From an uncultured virus (IMG/VR IMGVR_UViG_3300042346_000126) (lineage: Duplodnaviria > Heunggongvirae > Uroviricota > Caudoviricetes): a stretch of 64,000 nt of DNA. The position numbers and the translations under genes were made by a program. This document shows positions 19,047 through 32,269 of the stretch, one piece after another. Every line of letters begins with the position of its first letter. Positions within the stretch are counted from its first letter, which is position 1. The DNA is taken from IMG/VR virus record IMGVR_UViG_3300042346_000126; one strand, written 5' to 3'. The notes under the pieces are model-generated. The model made no database searches and was not told where the DNA came from. It saw only the letters and a list, made by a program, of their open reading frames with translations.

Positions 19047-19919
19047 ATGGCAAGTTTATACTCTACCAACCTTAAACTCGAATTGATCGGGACCGGGGAC
19101 CAAAGTGGTCTTTGGGGTGGCACAACCAATACTAACCTTGGCACTGCCTTGGAACAGGCTATCGTAGGTAAAGCCTCGCTTGTAACAGGGGACTTCACAG
19201 CCAACGTAGCTACGCTCACCCTGCTAGATACCAACGCAAGCCAAACGGCACGAGCCTTTGTACTGGATGTAACCGCTACGCTATCTGCTGCGGGGACCCT
19301 TAATGTGCCGGTTATCCAGAAGCCCTATCTGGTGTTTAACAACACTGTAGGCGGGTTCGCTCTTACGGTTAAAGTTTCGGGTCTGACGGGCGTAGTAGTT
19401 CCCAATGGCAAACGGATGCTGGTGTACAACAATGGCACAGATGTCATTGACGGTATTAACTACCTTAATGGGGTAGCTACCAGTGCCATAACAGCGACAA
19501 CAGCGACAACGGCTACAACCGCTGGAAGCGCTACGACCGCTGGAAGCGCTACGACCGCTGGAAGCGCTACGACCGCGGGTACTGCTACTAACATAGCGGG
19601 CGGGGTAGCAAATAACATACCGTACCAACTTGGCGCGGGCAGCACAAGCTACATTACGGCCCCCGTAACCCCCGGACATGTTCTGAGTTGGAACGGGACC
19701 GCGTTTACGTGGGCCGCAGCGCCCGCCGCTACAACAGCCACAGCATTGGTGGGAGGCTCGGCGGGGGTAATACCGTACCAATCTGCGACTAGCACCACAG
19801 GGTTTACCGCTGCGGGAACTACAGGCCAGCTTCTGCAATCCACTGGAACTACGGCTCCGGTCTGGGTAGACCCAGCGCTTACTCCCGGACTTATCCTCTT
19901 TAACTTAGGAATCATCTAA
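19047..19919 (+). CDS. tail fibre-like protein
   Basis: WGGTTNTNL N-terminus, (TTAGSA)n repeats, GQLLQSTG. Confidence 0.6.
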   Translation: MASLYSTNLKLELIGTGDQSGLWGGTTNTNLGTALEQAIVGKASLVTGDFTANVATLTLLDTNASQTARAFVLDVTATLSAAGTLNVPVIQKPYLVFNNTVGGFALTVKVSGLTGVVVPNGKRMLVYNNGTDVIDGINYLNGVATSAITATTATTATTAGSATTAGSATTAGSATTAGTATNIAGGVANNIPYQLGAGSTSYITAPVTPGHVLSWNGTAFTWAAAPAATTATALVGGSAGVIPYQSATSTTGFTAAGTTGQLLQSTGTTAPVWVDPALTPGLILFNLGII

Positions 19920-20296
19920 TGTCTATCAATGCCCAATATGCGGCGACTGCAAAATCGCCTAGTGTAAATATCGCCACCGCTAACACTAATCGTGATGGCG
20001 TTACAGGCGTATATGGGACGCTAATGACCGCAGGTGCCTCAGGGTCCCGAGTGGATCGTATCAATATTAAGGCTACTGCTACTACAACAGCAGGGATGAT
20101 TCGTATATTTCTTGGAACCGCTCTAATTCAAGAAGTGCCTGTGTGGAGTATTACTCCCGCAGCCTCAGTTCCCACGTGGTCTGTAGATATTACCTTTGAT
20201 ACAGGTTTAATCTTGCAAGCGTCAGCGGTGTTGAAAGTATCCACTAACAACGCAGAATCTTTTAATGTGACCGTAACAAACGGCGGGGACTTCTAA
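19919..20296 (+). CDS. hypothetical tail-associated protein
   Basis: Translationally coupled ORF. Confidence 0.65.
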   Translation: MSINAQYAATAKSPSVNIATANTNRDGVTGVYGTLMTAGASGSRVDRINIKATATTTAGMIRIFLGTALIQEVPVWSITPAASVPTWSVDITFDTGLILQASAVLKVSTNNAESFNVTVTNGGDF

Positions 20297-20298
20297 TC

Positions 20299-21345
20299 AT
20301 GGCTAATAAAGGACTTTATGGGTATTCGGCCCCTCGGGCTACTACCGTTCCGAACTCGATAGCCCCTCCGCGGTGGTTACGGGCCAAGTTAATTGCAGCG
20401 ACTACGAGTACCGAACTAGCCCCACTAAATTGCTGGCAGATCGGGGTGGCTGTTTTTGGCGGCGGTGGAACCGCCGCTAGTGGGGGTGGTGGTGGTGGTG
20501 GTGGGTTTGCCTTTGGGATTGTAGATGTGGTTCCGGGGCAACTGCTACCGACGATAACAATCGGCGGTACAGCGGGTACCTCCTCCTTTGGGTCTTTGCT
20601 TACGGCGACAGGGGGATCTACTGTCGTAGGTTCCGCGGGGGGCACGGGGGGCACGGGGTCCGCATCTTTGGCGTTGCGCGGGGCCTTTACAGCCTCTGGA
20701 GGTGCTGGAGGTGCCGCTAGTGGAGGTTTTGGGGGCGGCGGCGGGGCGGGGTCGTTCTATGGTGCAGGGGGCAGTGGCGCGGCTGGCCCTTTTGGTGGCG
20801 GTGGAGGTTTTGGGGGCGCCGGCGGGGTGGGCGTCGCTGGTGGTGGTGGTGGTGGTGGTGGTGGTGCGGGTCTCGGTAACGCTGGCGCAGCAACTGGTTT
20901 TACTACGCTTGGCGGAGGGGGTGGTGGCACTGCGTCACGCAGTGTGGGCAGTGCGGGGGGTATGGGCCTGAGCGCAGTGGGCGGCGCGGCAGGGGCCAAT
21001 TCTGCTGGGGCTTCCGGAACTGGGGTCTTGGATGTAAACATCCTACTGCAACTTGTCCACCTAGAGCTTAACGGTTCTGGCGGTGGGGGAGGGCAGGGGG
21101 CTACGGCTTTTGAGGGCGGCAACGGCGGCTCCGGGGGTGGTGGTGGTGGTGGTGCAACTAGCGGACTGGGGGGTATAGGCGGCATAGGCGGCGGCGGCGG
21201 CGGCGGCCCGGGCGGTTGGGGTGGCAGCGGTGGTGGCAGCGGCGGCAGCAATGTTGGTGGTGGGGGTGGGGGTTTCCAAATGGCTTCTAACCCTAACTTG
21301 GGGCAAGCAGGTGCAGTGATTCTTTATTGGACTGAGGGTTACTAA
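20299..21345 (+). CDS. glycine-rich tail fibre/adhesin-like protein
   Basis: Poly-Gly GGGGG/GGxGG runs, C-terminal GAVILYW. Confidence 0.7.
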   Translation: MANKGLYGYSAPRATTVPNSIAPPRWLRAKLIAATTSTELAPLNCWQIGVAVFGGGGTAASGGGGGGGGFAFGIVDVVPGQLLPTITIGGTAGTSSFGSLLTATGGSTVVGSAGGTGGTGSASLALRGAFTASGGAGGAASGGFGGGGGAGSFYGAGGSGAAGPFGGGGGFGGAGGVGVAGGGGGGGGGAGLGNAGAATGFTTLGGGGGGTASRSVGSAGGMGLSAVGGAAGANSAGASGTGVLDVNILLQLVHLELNGSGGGGGQGATAFEGGNGGSGGGGGGGATSGLGGIGGIGGGGGGGPGGWGGSGGGSGGSNVGGGGGGFQMASNPNLGQAGAVILYWTEGY

Positions 21346-21346
21346 A

Positions 21347-21784
21347 ATGAAATACGCATGGATTGAAAACACGGTTATTCGTGACCTGACTACCGGTGAT
21401 CCGCTAGATGTGTTTCACCCCGACACCGCCACGCTATTTGATACGCAAGTACCAGATGAAGCGGAATCGGGCGACACGTTTACAGATGGCGTATTGACCA
21501 AAAAGCCGATTCCAGAGCCGGTTATTCCAGAACTTCCTGCAGTCGTGCCTCCTACGGTCAGTGCTATCCAGTACAAGATGTTGTTCACTTCGGCGGAGCG
21601 TATTGCCGCTAAGAAGTCTACTGATCCGGTGATTATTGACTTGCAAGACCTCTTGAATGATCCCCGCACACTGACGGTTAATATGGCGCTGAAGTCAATC
21701 AGTGACAGTCTGGACTATATGACAGCAATCAAAATCCTTGCCCCGGGGCGTAAGGCTGAGATTCTGACGGGCGACCCAATATAA
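21347..21784 (+). CDS. tail fibre assembly/chaperone-like protein
   Basis: MKYAWIEN...FTSAER...GRKAEIL; follows the Gly-rich gene. Confidence 0.55.
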   Translation: MKYAWIENTVIRDLTTGDPLDVFHPDTATLFDTQVPDEAESGDTFTDGVLTKKPIPEPVIPELPAVVPPTVSAIQYKMLFTSAERIAAKKSTDPVIIDLQDLLNDPRTLTVNMALKSISDSLDYMTAIKILAPGRKAEILTGDPI

Positions 21785-22251
21785 TGTTCGCTGCTCTCCT
21801 GTCCTTTCTTGGCGGCTCTGTATTTCGCATGTTGTTTGGCGAGATAAGCTCTTGGATGAACAAGAAACAAGATCACCTGCATGAGATGGATCGGATGCGG
21901 CTGCAAGGCGAACTAGATACCTCCCAGTTTCTTCGTAACCAAGACGCGCTACGCCTTCAGGCAGAGTTGGGGGTCAAGCTTGTGCATGTGCAGGCCGAAG
22001 CGGTAGTGGACCAAATCGAAGCTAACGGGTGGCTGGCTGCGGTTAAGGGGACTACGCAGACTATCGGTATCTGGTTCATCGACGCTTGGAACGGGGTTAT
22101 CCGCCCCTTCGTAGCTACGTGGGCCGTTATTATGGTCACACTGCACTTCGCGCAAACTGGATGGGTACTGGACGATAACGGCTGGAGCATATGCGGCGCG
22201 GCACTGGGTATCTACCTCGCAGATCGGTCGCTCTTCAAGCGTGGTAAATGA
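21784..22251 (+). CDS. probable holin
   Basis: Hydrophobic N-terminus plus two C-terminal TM segments (IRPFVATW); directly upstream of lysozyme. Confidence 0.65.
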   Translation: MFAALLSFLGGSVFRMLFGEISSWMNKKQDHLHEMDRMRLQGELDTSQFLRNQDALRLQAELGVKLVHVQAEAVVDQIEANGWLAAVKGTTQTIGIWFIDAWNGVIRPFVATWAVIMVTLHFAQTGWVLDDNGWSICGAALGIYLADRSLFKRGK

Positions 22252-22709
22252 GTACGGAAGCCGTTGCGATAGCGGCCTCGCTCTGTCGGCAGTTTGAAGG
22301 GCTGTATCTCAAGCCCTATATGTGCCCGGCCCTCGTGGCGACTGTGGGCTACGGATCGACCCGGTACGAGGATGGACGCCGCGTAACTCTAGCGGACGCC
22401 CCGATAACCAAGGCCCGGGCCGAAGAACTTTTGCGGTGGGAGTTAAATAGGGTCTGCGTACCTGCGGTAAGACGCTCCTGCCCTAAGCTTACAGAGCCCC
22501 GCAAACTAGCGGCGATACTGGATTTCACCTTTAACTTAGGCTCCGGAAACTTGCACAGCAGTACGCTTCGTAAGAAAATCAACCTCGAAGACTGGGATGC
22601 TGCGCAGTTAGAATTGGCTAAATGGGTACGCGGCGGGGGGCGCATACTCCCCGGCTTGGTAAAACGCCGCGCTGCAGAAGCCGCACTATTAAGGTCTATA
22701 TGCCCATAA
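22248..22709 (+). CDS. endolysin, GH24 phage lysozyme
   Basis: FEGLYLKPYMCPA..TVGYGST, FTFNLG, LPGLVKRRAAE. Confidence 0.92.
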   Translation: MSTEAVAIAASLCRQFEGLYLKPYMCPALVATVGYGSTRYEDGRRVTLADAPITKARAEELLRWELNRVCVPAVRRSCPKLTEPRKLAAILDFTFNLGSGNLHSSTLRKKINLEDWDAAQLELAKWVRGGGRILPGLVKRRAAEAALLRSICP

Positions 22710-24838
22710 AAAAAATTGGAATCCAGAGTGGAGTCTCGAAAGAAAATACCCGCTACACCTCCGAAGGCAAATGGTACGACAGCGACAAGATTCGGTTTCG
22801 TAAAGGCACTCCTGAGAAGTTAGGTGGGTGGGCTCGGTATTCCGTCTATACCTTTCTAGGCATATGCCGCTCACTGTGGACATGGGTTACGCTTACTGGA
22901 CTGACGCTTATAGGCGTGGGTACAAACCTGAAGTTCTATATCAACAAGGGCGGGCTGTACTATGACGTAACGCCTATTCGGAAAGTTGTACGCCCCATGC
23001 TTGGGGCTACAGGCACGGGTAACCCTTTCACTGCCACTCTAGGCTCTAATATTATTACGGTCTACGATACGGCACATGGAGGTGGGTCGAATGACTTTGT
23101 ATTCTTCAGTGGAGCGGTAGGGCTTGGCGGTAACATAACTGCGGCTCTACTTAACCAAGAGTACCAAGTAACCGTTATCACTGCCGATACCTATACGATT
23201 ACCGTTGCAACTACTGCTACAGGTACTGATGTAGCGGGCTCTCCGGGTGGAGGTGCGGCGGTTGTTGCCGCGTACCAAGTCGCTACAGGGTTAGAGGTAC
23301 AAAGCCCCGCTGCTGGATGGGGTAGTGGTGGCTGGGGGTCCGGAGGCTGGGGGACTGGGGTTACGGTGGGTACGCCGCTTCAGCTTTGGAGCCAGAATAA
23401 CTTTGGTGAGAGTTTGGTGTTTGCCCCTGCGGGTGGGGCTATATATTACTGGAATGCGAGCGCTGGGCTGGGTACTTCGACCTTTACCGTGACTATCGGG
23501 GCAACCGCGGTACTGACCTTTACGACTGGCCCCCTGCTACTTAACGGTACTGCAGTCATGCTAGAGACCACTGGGGCACTGCCTACAGGGCTCCTTACCT
23601 ATGTGGTGTACTACGTTATAAACTCCACAACAGTTAGCGGGGTTACTACGTGCAATCTATCCACCACGTACGGCGGCACTGCTATAACTACGTCTGGAAC
23701 TCAGTCGGGCACCCATATCCTTTCTAATAGGGGAATTGCAGTTACGTCTTTGGGTGGGGCCTCCAACGTTCCGATTGTTCAGAACGCGATCTTTATATCG
23801 GACACAAGCCGCTTTGTGTTTGCCCTAGGGGCTAACGAATTCGGGACTGCCACACAAGACCCTATGGTAGTACGCTGGTCTGATCAAGAGTCTGTAACCC
23901 AGTGGACCCCATCTGCCACTAATCAGGCAGGCAGCATTCGGCTCTCTCACGGGTCCAAAATCGTAGCTTGCTTGCAGGCGCGGCAAGAGATTCTGATATG
24001 GACTGACTCCACCCTCTACGCATTCCAATATGTAGGGGCTCCGGTAGTTTGGCAGACGCAGCTTGTGGGCGATAACATTTCGCTTATGGGGCCTAACGCA
24101 GTAGCGCTAGCTTCAGGCGTTGTCTACTGGATGGGTATTGACAAGTTCTACATGTATGACGGTACAGTGCGTACCCTTGACTGCGACCTGCGAAAGTTTG
24201 TCTACCAAGACATCAACCTGACGCAAAACTACCAAGTATTTGCGGGCACCAATGAAGGCTTTAATGAAGTCTGGTGGTTTTACTGCGCGGCAGATAGTAC
24301 CGCGATCAGTAATTATGTTATCTACAACTACGTCGAGAAGGTTTGGTACTACGGCACGATGGGACGCACCGCATGGCTCGACTCGGGGCTAATAAACTAC
24401 CCTATTGCGGCTACATACAGCCATAATATCGTCAACCATGAGTTTGGGGTGGACGATGAAGAAACGGATGTAACGCTCCCGATCCATGCCTATATCTCCT
24501 CCTCTGAGTTCGATATGGATGACGGGGATCACTTCATGTTTGTATACCGTATGCTACCTGACCTCTCGTTTGCGGGGTCTACTGCAGGCACTACTGCGGA
24601 GGTAACCTTGGGGCTGTACGCCATGAAGAACTCGGGGTCGGGCACGGGATCGCTTGTATCCCAGCCTGTTAACCAATTGACTGGGGCGGAATACACCGTA
24701 ACTGAAGGGTTTACAGGGCAGATTTACACGCGCCTTCGCGGGCGGCAGATGATCTTGAAAGCCTCGTCCAACAAAATAGGTACCGCATGGCAACTAGGTT
24801 CTATCCGTTTCGATGTAAGGCCTGATGGGAAACGTTGA
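22700..24838 (+). CDS. tail tubular protein B / P22 gp10-like stabilisation protein
   Basis: ~710 aa beta-rich, VRWSDQE, C-terminal RGRQ...DVRPDGKR. Confidence 0.7.
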   Translation: MPIKKIGIQSGVSKENTRYTSEGKWYDSDKIRFRKGTPEKLGGWARYSVYTFLGICRSLWTWVTLTGLTLIGVGTNLKFYINKGGLYYDVTPIRKVVRPMLGATGTGNPFTATLGSNIITVYDTAHGGGSNDFVFFSGAVGLGGNITAALLNQEYQVTVITADTYTITVATTATGTDVAGSPGGGAAVVAAYQVATGLEVQSPAAGWGSGGWGSGGWGTGVTVGTPLQLWSQNNFGESLVFAPAGGAIYYWNASAGLGTSTFTVTIGATAVLTFTTGPLLLNGTAVMLETTGALPTGLLTYVVYYVINSTTVSGVTTCNLSTTYGGTAITTSGTQSGTHILSNRGIAVTSLGGASNVPIVQNAIFISDTSRFVFALGANEFGTATQDPMVVRWSDQESVTQWTPSATNQAGSIRLSHGSKIVACLQARQEILIWTDSTLYAFQYVGAPVVWQTQLVGDNISLMGPNAVALASGVVYWMGIDKFYMYDGTVRTLDCDLRKFVYQDINLTQNYQVFAGTNEGFNEVWWFYCAADSTAISNYVIYNYVEKVWYYGTMGRTAWLDSGLINYPIAATYSHNIVNHEFGVDDEETDVTLPIHAYISSSEFDMDDGDHFMFVYRMLPDLSFAGSTAGTTAEVTLGLYAMKNSGSGTGSLVSQPVNQLTGAEYTVTEGFTGQIYTRLRGRQMILKASSNKIGTAWQLGSIRFDVRPDGKR

Positions 24839-24841
24839 CTT

Positions 24842-25699
24842 ATGACTCTACTATTTAAGCCTAAGTCCCCTGCGCTGCAGATACTGCCGGCAGAGTATTC
24901 GCAGGACTCTTTCAGAGCGCAGAATAACATGCTGCGTATCTACTTCAACCAGCTAGATGCGGCAATGTCGGAACTGCTAGGCGGCACTGGAGGTAGGTTC
25001 TTGCAGCATCCGTATGGGGCGTTTCAATCTACAGTTACCCAGACTGCCCCTGCTAACACCGCCAAAGCGCTTACTTTTGACACGTTGGATTACGCCAATG
25101 GCGTGGCGCTCGGGGACCATGTAGCTGTAATGACGGCTTCGCAAGCTCTAACAACGCTTACAGTCACTGCATTATCGGGGGATGCTATCTATCTTGGGAT
25201 GACCCTAACGGGTACCGGAGTCGTACCGGGCACCACAATTACTGCGTTTCTTACAGGTACTGGCGGTACCGGGACGTACACGGTCAGCACATCGGCTACG
25301 GTAGCTAGCACCACAATTACAGGGTCCATAACCTCCCGGCTGGTAGTAACTTACGGCGGCATTTACAACCTGCAGTTCAGTGTGCAGACCAAAAACGTAT
25401 CCTCGCAAGCCCACGATCTTGATATATGGCTTCGCCAAGACGGCCCCGGCCCCGGAGTGGATATCCCGGGTTCTCGGGGGTCTGTAACGATAGCGCCTCG
25501 GCACGGCTCCGTTGATGGGGGAAGTATCGTGGGGTGGAACTATTTTGTGCAGTTGGAAGCGGGGGAGTTTGTAGAAATTTGGTGGTCAGCCGATAGCACA
25601 AATGTTACGATACCTGCCTACCCGGCAGCCACGGCTCCTGTGCGTCCCTCAACAGCCTCTGCGGTAGTCACCCTATCGTATGTATCCGCAATAGTTTAA
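24842..25699 (+). CDS. tail-associated protein with C1q/TNF-like C-terminal domain
   Basis: [36 protein letters not shown]. Confidence 0.55.
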   Translation: MTLLFKPKSPALQILPAEYSQDSFRAQNNMLRIYFNQLDAAMSELLGGTGGRFLQHPYGAFQSTVTQTAPANTAKALTFDTLDYANGVALGDHVAVMTASQALTTLTVTALSGDAIYLGMTLTGTGVVPGTTITAFLTGTGGTGTYTVSTSATVASTTITGSITSRLVVTYGGIYNLQFSVQTKNVSSQAHDLDIWLRQDGPGPGVDIPGSRGSVTIAPRHGSVDGGSIVGWNYFVQLEAGEFVEIWWSADSTNVTIPAYPAATAPVRPSTASAVVTLSYVSAIV

Positions 25700-25711
25700 A
25701 GGTTCCGCATT

Positions 25712-27799
<2,088 letters not shown>

Positions 27800-27800
27800 T

Positions 27801-29561
27801 ATGGGCGAAGACGATTTTGATTATGACTTAGGTATAGACCCCGATGCCAATTCTAGGGATTGGCCTACCCATGAGGATGTAACGGTAGACGATTTTGATT
27901 ATGACTTAGGTATAGACCCCGATGCCAATGATAGGGATTGGCCTACCCATGAGGATGTATTGAAGGAGATTACGGAATCTGAAACAAAGTTCAGCACACC
28001 TGAATGGTCCAAGATTCTCAAGGCCTTAGGGCTAACCCCAACTACCGCCGCAATACTTGGCGGCGCAGGGCTAGGTTCGTTTTTTGGCGGCTCTGGCGGT
28101 TTTGGCGGTTCTGGCGGTTCTGCGGGGGATACCGGCTACAAAGGGGGGATTCCTTCTCTTGCTGCTAGTCGAACCATGCTGCCTATTCCGCATACAGTGA
28201 CTACAGACGCAGGGGGTGAAGCGTATTTACGGGCGAACCCGGATGTGGCTGCAGCATACAAAGCTGACTCACAGGGGTTAAGCCCCAAAGATTACGCAGC
28301 GACGCATTACGCTAAGTTTGGGCAGGGCGAAGGACGTACGTTGGCTACGGCCCCTCGCAGGGCTGGGTCCGGTGGAGTTACATACTTCAGCCCCATGCAG
28401 TACAAGCCTGTGGCCTCTAATCCCGGGCTAACCCCCACTCCGTTTACTCCGCCTCCCATTATCCCCGCTGGCGGCACAACTCCCACCACGGTAAAACCTG
28501 CGGTAACGCCAACGCCCACACCGACGCCCACACCGACGCCCACACCGACGCCCACACCGACGCCAACGCCAAAAACGTATGCCCCCTTAGGTGCTACCGA
28601 GCGGGCTACCGTCGAGCGAATGGCTAGGGAACAAGCCACGGCCCAAGGGATCAGTCCTGAAATGGCGTTGTACCGATACGCACAGCAGCAGGGTATCCCC
28701 AATGCGGGGGTTGACACCCTGATGGGGTTTGAACCGGGCGCTACCGATAAATGGGTAGGGGGGCAGCCTTCCTTACAAGCAGGGGCTGCACAAAACGAAG
28801 AGGTTGCCTCCGTGTTCAAGCCCGGCGATACAGTGGACCCCAACGCGGTACCATTCAACGGGCCGGGGTCCAAGGCTGCATGGGAAGCTGCACGGGACGC
28901 TGCAATGGCTAAAGCAGGTTTAACGCCACCGCCAAAAACGAACGCTGCAATGGGTATAGCAAGTTTAACGCCAACGCCAACGCCAACGCCAACGCCAACG
29001 CCAACGCCAAAGCCAACGCCAACGCCAACGGCTACGCAACAATACGCCCCTCTGGGGTCTACCGAGCGGGCTACCGTCGAGCGAATGGCTAGGGAACAAG
29101 CCACGGCCCAAGGGATCAGTCCTGAAATGGCGTTGTACCGATACGCACAACAGCAAGGTATCCCCAATGCAGGAGTTGACTCGATGATGGGGTTTGACCC
29201 GGGCGCGACTACTAAATGGCTAGCTACGCAGCCTGCACCTCAAGGCCACTCGTACACGGGCGCTACCCCCGTAAAACTTGCACGGGGCGGCATTGCATCT
29301 CTGGCTAAAGGCAGACTGCTTAATGGTCCGGGGGATGGCGTTTCGGACTCTATCCCTGCGTCTATTGATGGGCACCAACCGGCTGCACTCGCGGACGGCG
29401 AGTACGTTATTCCCGCCCGAATTGTGTCTGAGCTTGGCAATGGCTCTACTAAAGCAGGTGCGCAACAGCTAGACGCTATGATGAAACGCATTCAAACTAC
29501 TAGGCGTAAAGCAACCAATATTGCCGCAAATACGCGAGCCACTAAACACCTCCCCGCATAA
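27801..29561 (+). CDS. probable internal virion protein
   Basis: Internal repeats; C-terminal GPGDGVSDSIPA...LADGEYVIPA. Confidence 0.65.
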   Translation: MGEDDFDYDLGIDPDANSRDWPTHEDVTVDDFDYDLGIDPDANDRDWPTHEDVLKEITESETKFSTPEWSKILKALGLTPTTAAILGGAGLGSFFGGSGGFGGSGGSAGDTGYKGGIPSLAASRTMLPIPHTVTTDAGGEAYLRANPDVAAAYKADSQGLSPKDYAATHYAKFGQGEGRTLATAPRRAGSGGVTYFSPMQYKPVASNPGLTPTPFTPPPIIPAGGTTPTTVKPAVTPTPTPTPTPTPTPTPTPTPTPKTYAPLGATERATVERMAREQATAQGISPEMALYRYAQQQGIPNAGVDTLMGFEPGATDKWVGGQPSLQAGAAQNEEVASVFKPGDTVDPNAVPFNGPGSKAAWEAARDAAMAKAGLTPPPKTNAAMGIASLTPTPTPTPTPTPTPKPTPTPTATQQYAPLGSTERATVERMAREQATAQGISPEMALYRYAQQQGIPNAGVDSMMGFDPGATTKWLATQPAPQGHSYTGATPVKLARGGIASLAKGRLLNGPGDGVSDSIPASIDGHQPAALADGEYVIPARIVSELGNGSTKAGAQQLDAMMKRIQTTRRKATNIAANTRATKHLPA

Positions 29562-29570
29562 GGACTTACC

Positions 29571-30626
29571 ATGGCAACCGCACCTACCACTACACCCGGA
29601 AGCAGCGCTTCCACCCTGTCTACTTGGGCAGGGCCTTACGTAACGGATATGCTGGGTCAGGCTCAAGCCATTGCGGCTACGCCTTACCAGACCTACCAAG
29701 GCCCCATGACGGCAGGAGAGTCGGGGCTGCAGTCCAAAGTCTTTCAAGGGTTAGGAAACCTAACCATGCCTCAAAACTTAGGGGGCACTTTCGCGCAGCA
29801 GGGCGGGTCTTTCTTCCCTAAAGACGGGGCTGGCGGGGCGCAGCAGCACACCTTCTTAGGAGCCGATCAATCCGCAAAGGTTATGGCTGAAGCTAAAAGG
29901 CAGGGTGCTGCGCAGGGTATTTCCCCCGAAATGGCGTTATATCAATACGCAAAAATAAACAACATCCCCAATGCGGGGGTGGATACGTTAATGGGGTTCG
30001 AACCGGGCGCTACCGATAAATGGGTAGGGGGGCAGCCTTCCCTACAGTCAGGTCTTCCTCAAGGGGCCGGTACGGGTCAGCCCTCAAGCGTAGCGCAGTC
30101 TTATATGAACCCGTATCTGCAGTCTGTGCTGCAGCCGCAGATGGAAGAGCTTCGTCGCCAATCTCAAATTACTCAAATGGGTAACGCTGCCAAGATGACA
30201 GGCGCTGGGGCTTTTGGAGGCGCTCGCCAAGGTATTATGGACGCCGAAACCCAGCGGAACCTCATGCAAGAGATGAATAAGACCGTAGGCCAAGGCTATG
30301 CAACGGCTTTTGATAAAGGTACAAACCAGTTCAACATCGAGCAGGGTCAAGGTATGGGGGTTGCAAACCTGCTAGCCCAACAGGGTGCGGTACAGCGTGG
30401 AATCGAGCAAGAAGGTGTAACTGCCGACTACAATGAATTCCTTACGCAGCGGGACTATCCTATGAAACAAACTCAGTATCTGCAGTCAATGCTTCAGGGG
30501 CTGCCAATCTCTACCGTAACTAGCTCCGCTGCTCCCATGACTAAATTAGGAGAACTTGAGTCCACAGTGGGCGGCCTAGGCTCCTTGTTCGAGAAGATTA
30601 AAAAACTCATCCCCGAGACCAAATGA
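29571..30626 (+). CDS. probable DNA transfer/ejection protein
   Basis: YMNPY...GAFGGARQG motif, Gln/Gly-rich. Confidence 0.7.
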   Translation: MATAPTTTPGSSASTLSTWAGPYVTDMLGQAQAIAATPYQTYQGPMTAGESGLQSKVFQGLGNLTMPQNLGGTFAQQGGSFFPKDGAGGAQQHTFLGADQSAKVMAEAKRQGAAQGISPEMALYQYAKINNIPNAGVDTLMGFEPGATDKWVGGQPSLQSGLPQGAGTGQPSSVAQSYMNPYLQSVLQPQMEELRRQSQITQMGNAAKMTGAGAFGGARQGIMDAETQRNLMQEMNKTVGQGYATAFDKGTNQFNIEQGQGMGVANLLAQQGAVQRGIEQEGVTADYNEFLTQRDYPMKQTQYLQSMLQGLPISTVTSSAAPMTKLGELESTVGGLGSLFEKIKKLIPETK

Positions 30627-32269
30627 TGAACCAAATGCAATCTCAACCTATGCCTATGGGCCAGCCGCAAGGGGGTCCTCAGGGTTTTAGCGCCCCCGCT
30701 GCCGGGATCAACCTGTTCAAAGTGCAAGAGCAGTTGAAGGACATGCCGCAGCAGCAAATTATGGCGTACGCCAACGGGTCCAATCCTGACATGGTGCCTC
30801 CATATATTGCCTTAGGCGAGATGGAACGTCGTACCCGCATGGCTAAGAATGCGCAGACCGGCCAGCCCCCACAAGGTACTGTCAAAGACAATCTGGAGAA
30901 CCAGATTAAGCAAACTGCGGGTATCGCATCCCTCGGTAATATGCGTCCGCCGCAGATGGGGCAGGCCCAAGCACCGCAAGCTATGAGCCCTCCCGGGGCC
31001 GTACCGGGCGGAGTGCCCCAACCCCAACCTCAAGGAGGAGCCCCTGTACGGATGGCCCAAGGCGGACTTGCTTCGGTGCCTATCAACTCCCGCATGACTG
31101 CGTATAAAGATGGCGGTATCGTTGGGTACGCAGAGGGTGGGGATGTAGAGGGTGGGGATGTAGAGGACGAAGAGGACGAAGAGGACGAAGAAGATGACAT
31201 GGGAGCCCCTAGTCCGGTAATGCTTGCTAGCGCTCAACTTCCGGGGGCGGGTATGGGAAACCCAATGGGGGACTATGCGGCTGCTAGAGACGCAATTACC
31301 GCGCAGATAGGCAAAAGAGGCCCCGCACCTAAATCCCGCGAAGAAATAATAGCTGCATTGACCCAATCAAATCCTGAACAAGCCGCCATGCTGAAGCGGG
31401 ATGTTGAGGGTGAATACCTTAAACGTTTGGAAGAATTGCAAGGCAGACAAGGGGAGAACGATGCACGGGCTCGAGAAGACCTGCAATCTCGTAGGCGTAT
31501 GGACTTGTGGCAGTCCCTTACTGCCGGTGGCGAAGGCTCTCGGGGCCGGGGTATTGGTGGACTCATGGCAGGTATGGGGCAGTCGCTTGGACGTTCGTAC
31601 GCAGAACGGGCCGCAGAGGAAGCTGCGCTGCGCGATCTACCCCTTAAACGCCAAGAGATTATGGTTAAGGCGCAGTATGAGATGCAAGGACTGCAACGCG
31701 CTCGCGCGGAGGGGGATATTAAAGCCGCCACCATGCACCAACAAAATTTGGCTAAGCTAGAAAATGAAGCGAAGAAGGCTGAGTTGGGCGCATTGGGTCG
31801 ATCTGTCGGCGCCGCAGGTAATGTAGCCGGTCGATATATGTCCGGGGAAGCAACTAAAGAAGCGGCTCGAACTTATGCCGCACAACGCCTTGAGTCTTCA
31901 AAAATTGCTGCGAAATCCAAAGAGGTGCGTGCAGGTTTACGGGGTAGTGGAAAAACTCCTCCAACGCCCATAGACATAGAAATGCTGCTAGCCGAATACA
32001 AGGAACTTGTAAAAGCAAATGCCGAATCTCCTAAGCTAAGCGAACCTGAGGGCTTACGTGCAGAGCGAGCCGCCCGCATTACAGAGATTAGGCAGCAGCT
32101 AGAAGCATTTGGTACGACGGGCAAACGCCTCCCCGATTCTGCCCCCGCAGGCCCCACCGCAGGTCCAACCGCAGGTCCAGTAAAGATATCCAGTGACGCT
32201 GAGTACAATGCGTTAGCAAGCGGGACTGTTTTTATCGGGCCCGATAATAAACCTCGGAGAAAGCCATAA
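30623..32269 (+). CDS. probable internal virion protein
   Basis: MAQGGL/YAEGG motifs, coiled coils, C-terminal GTVFIGPDNKPRRKP. Confidence 0.6.
   Translation: MMNQMQSQPMPMGQPQGGPQGFSAPAAGINLFKVQEQLKDMPQQQIMAYANGSNPDMVPPYIALGEMERRTRMAKNAQTGQPPQGTVKDNLENQIKQTAGIASLGNMRPPQMGQAQAPQAMSPPGAVPGGVPQPQPQGGAPVRMAQGGLASVPINSRMTAYKDGGIVGYAEGGDVEGGDVEDEEDEEDEEDDMGAPSPVMLASAQLPGAGMGNPMGDYAAARDAITAQIGKRGPAPKSREEIIAALTQSNPEQAAMLKRDVEGEYLKRLEELQGRQGENDARAREDLQSRRRMDLWQSLTAGGEGSRGRGIGGLMAGMGQSLGRSYAERAAEEAALRDLPLKRQEIMVKAQYEMQGLQRARAEGDIKAATMHQQNLAKLENEAKKAELGALGRSVGAAGNVAGRYMSGEATKEAARTYAAQRLESSKIAAKSKEVRAGLRGSGKTPPTPIDIEMLLAEYKELVKANAESPKLSEPEGLRAERAARITEIRQQLEAFGTTGKRLPDSAPAGPTAGPTAGPVKISSDAEYNALASGTVFIGPDNKPRRKP

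Noticed and set aside
23046..23055. CTAATATTAT near-match to the palindrome in the structural arm
   Set aside because: One mismatch, mid-gene, lacks the AA/TT flanks; compatible with chance.
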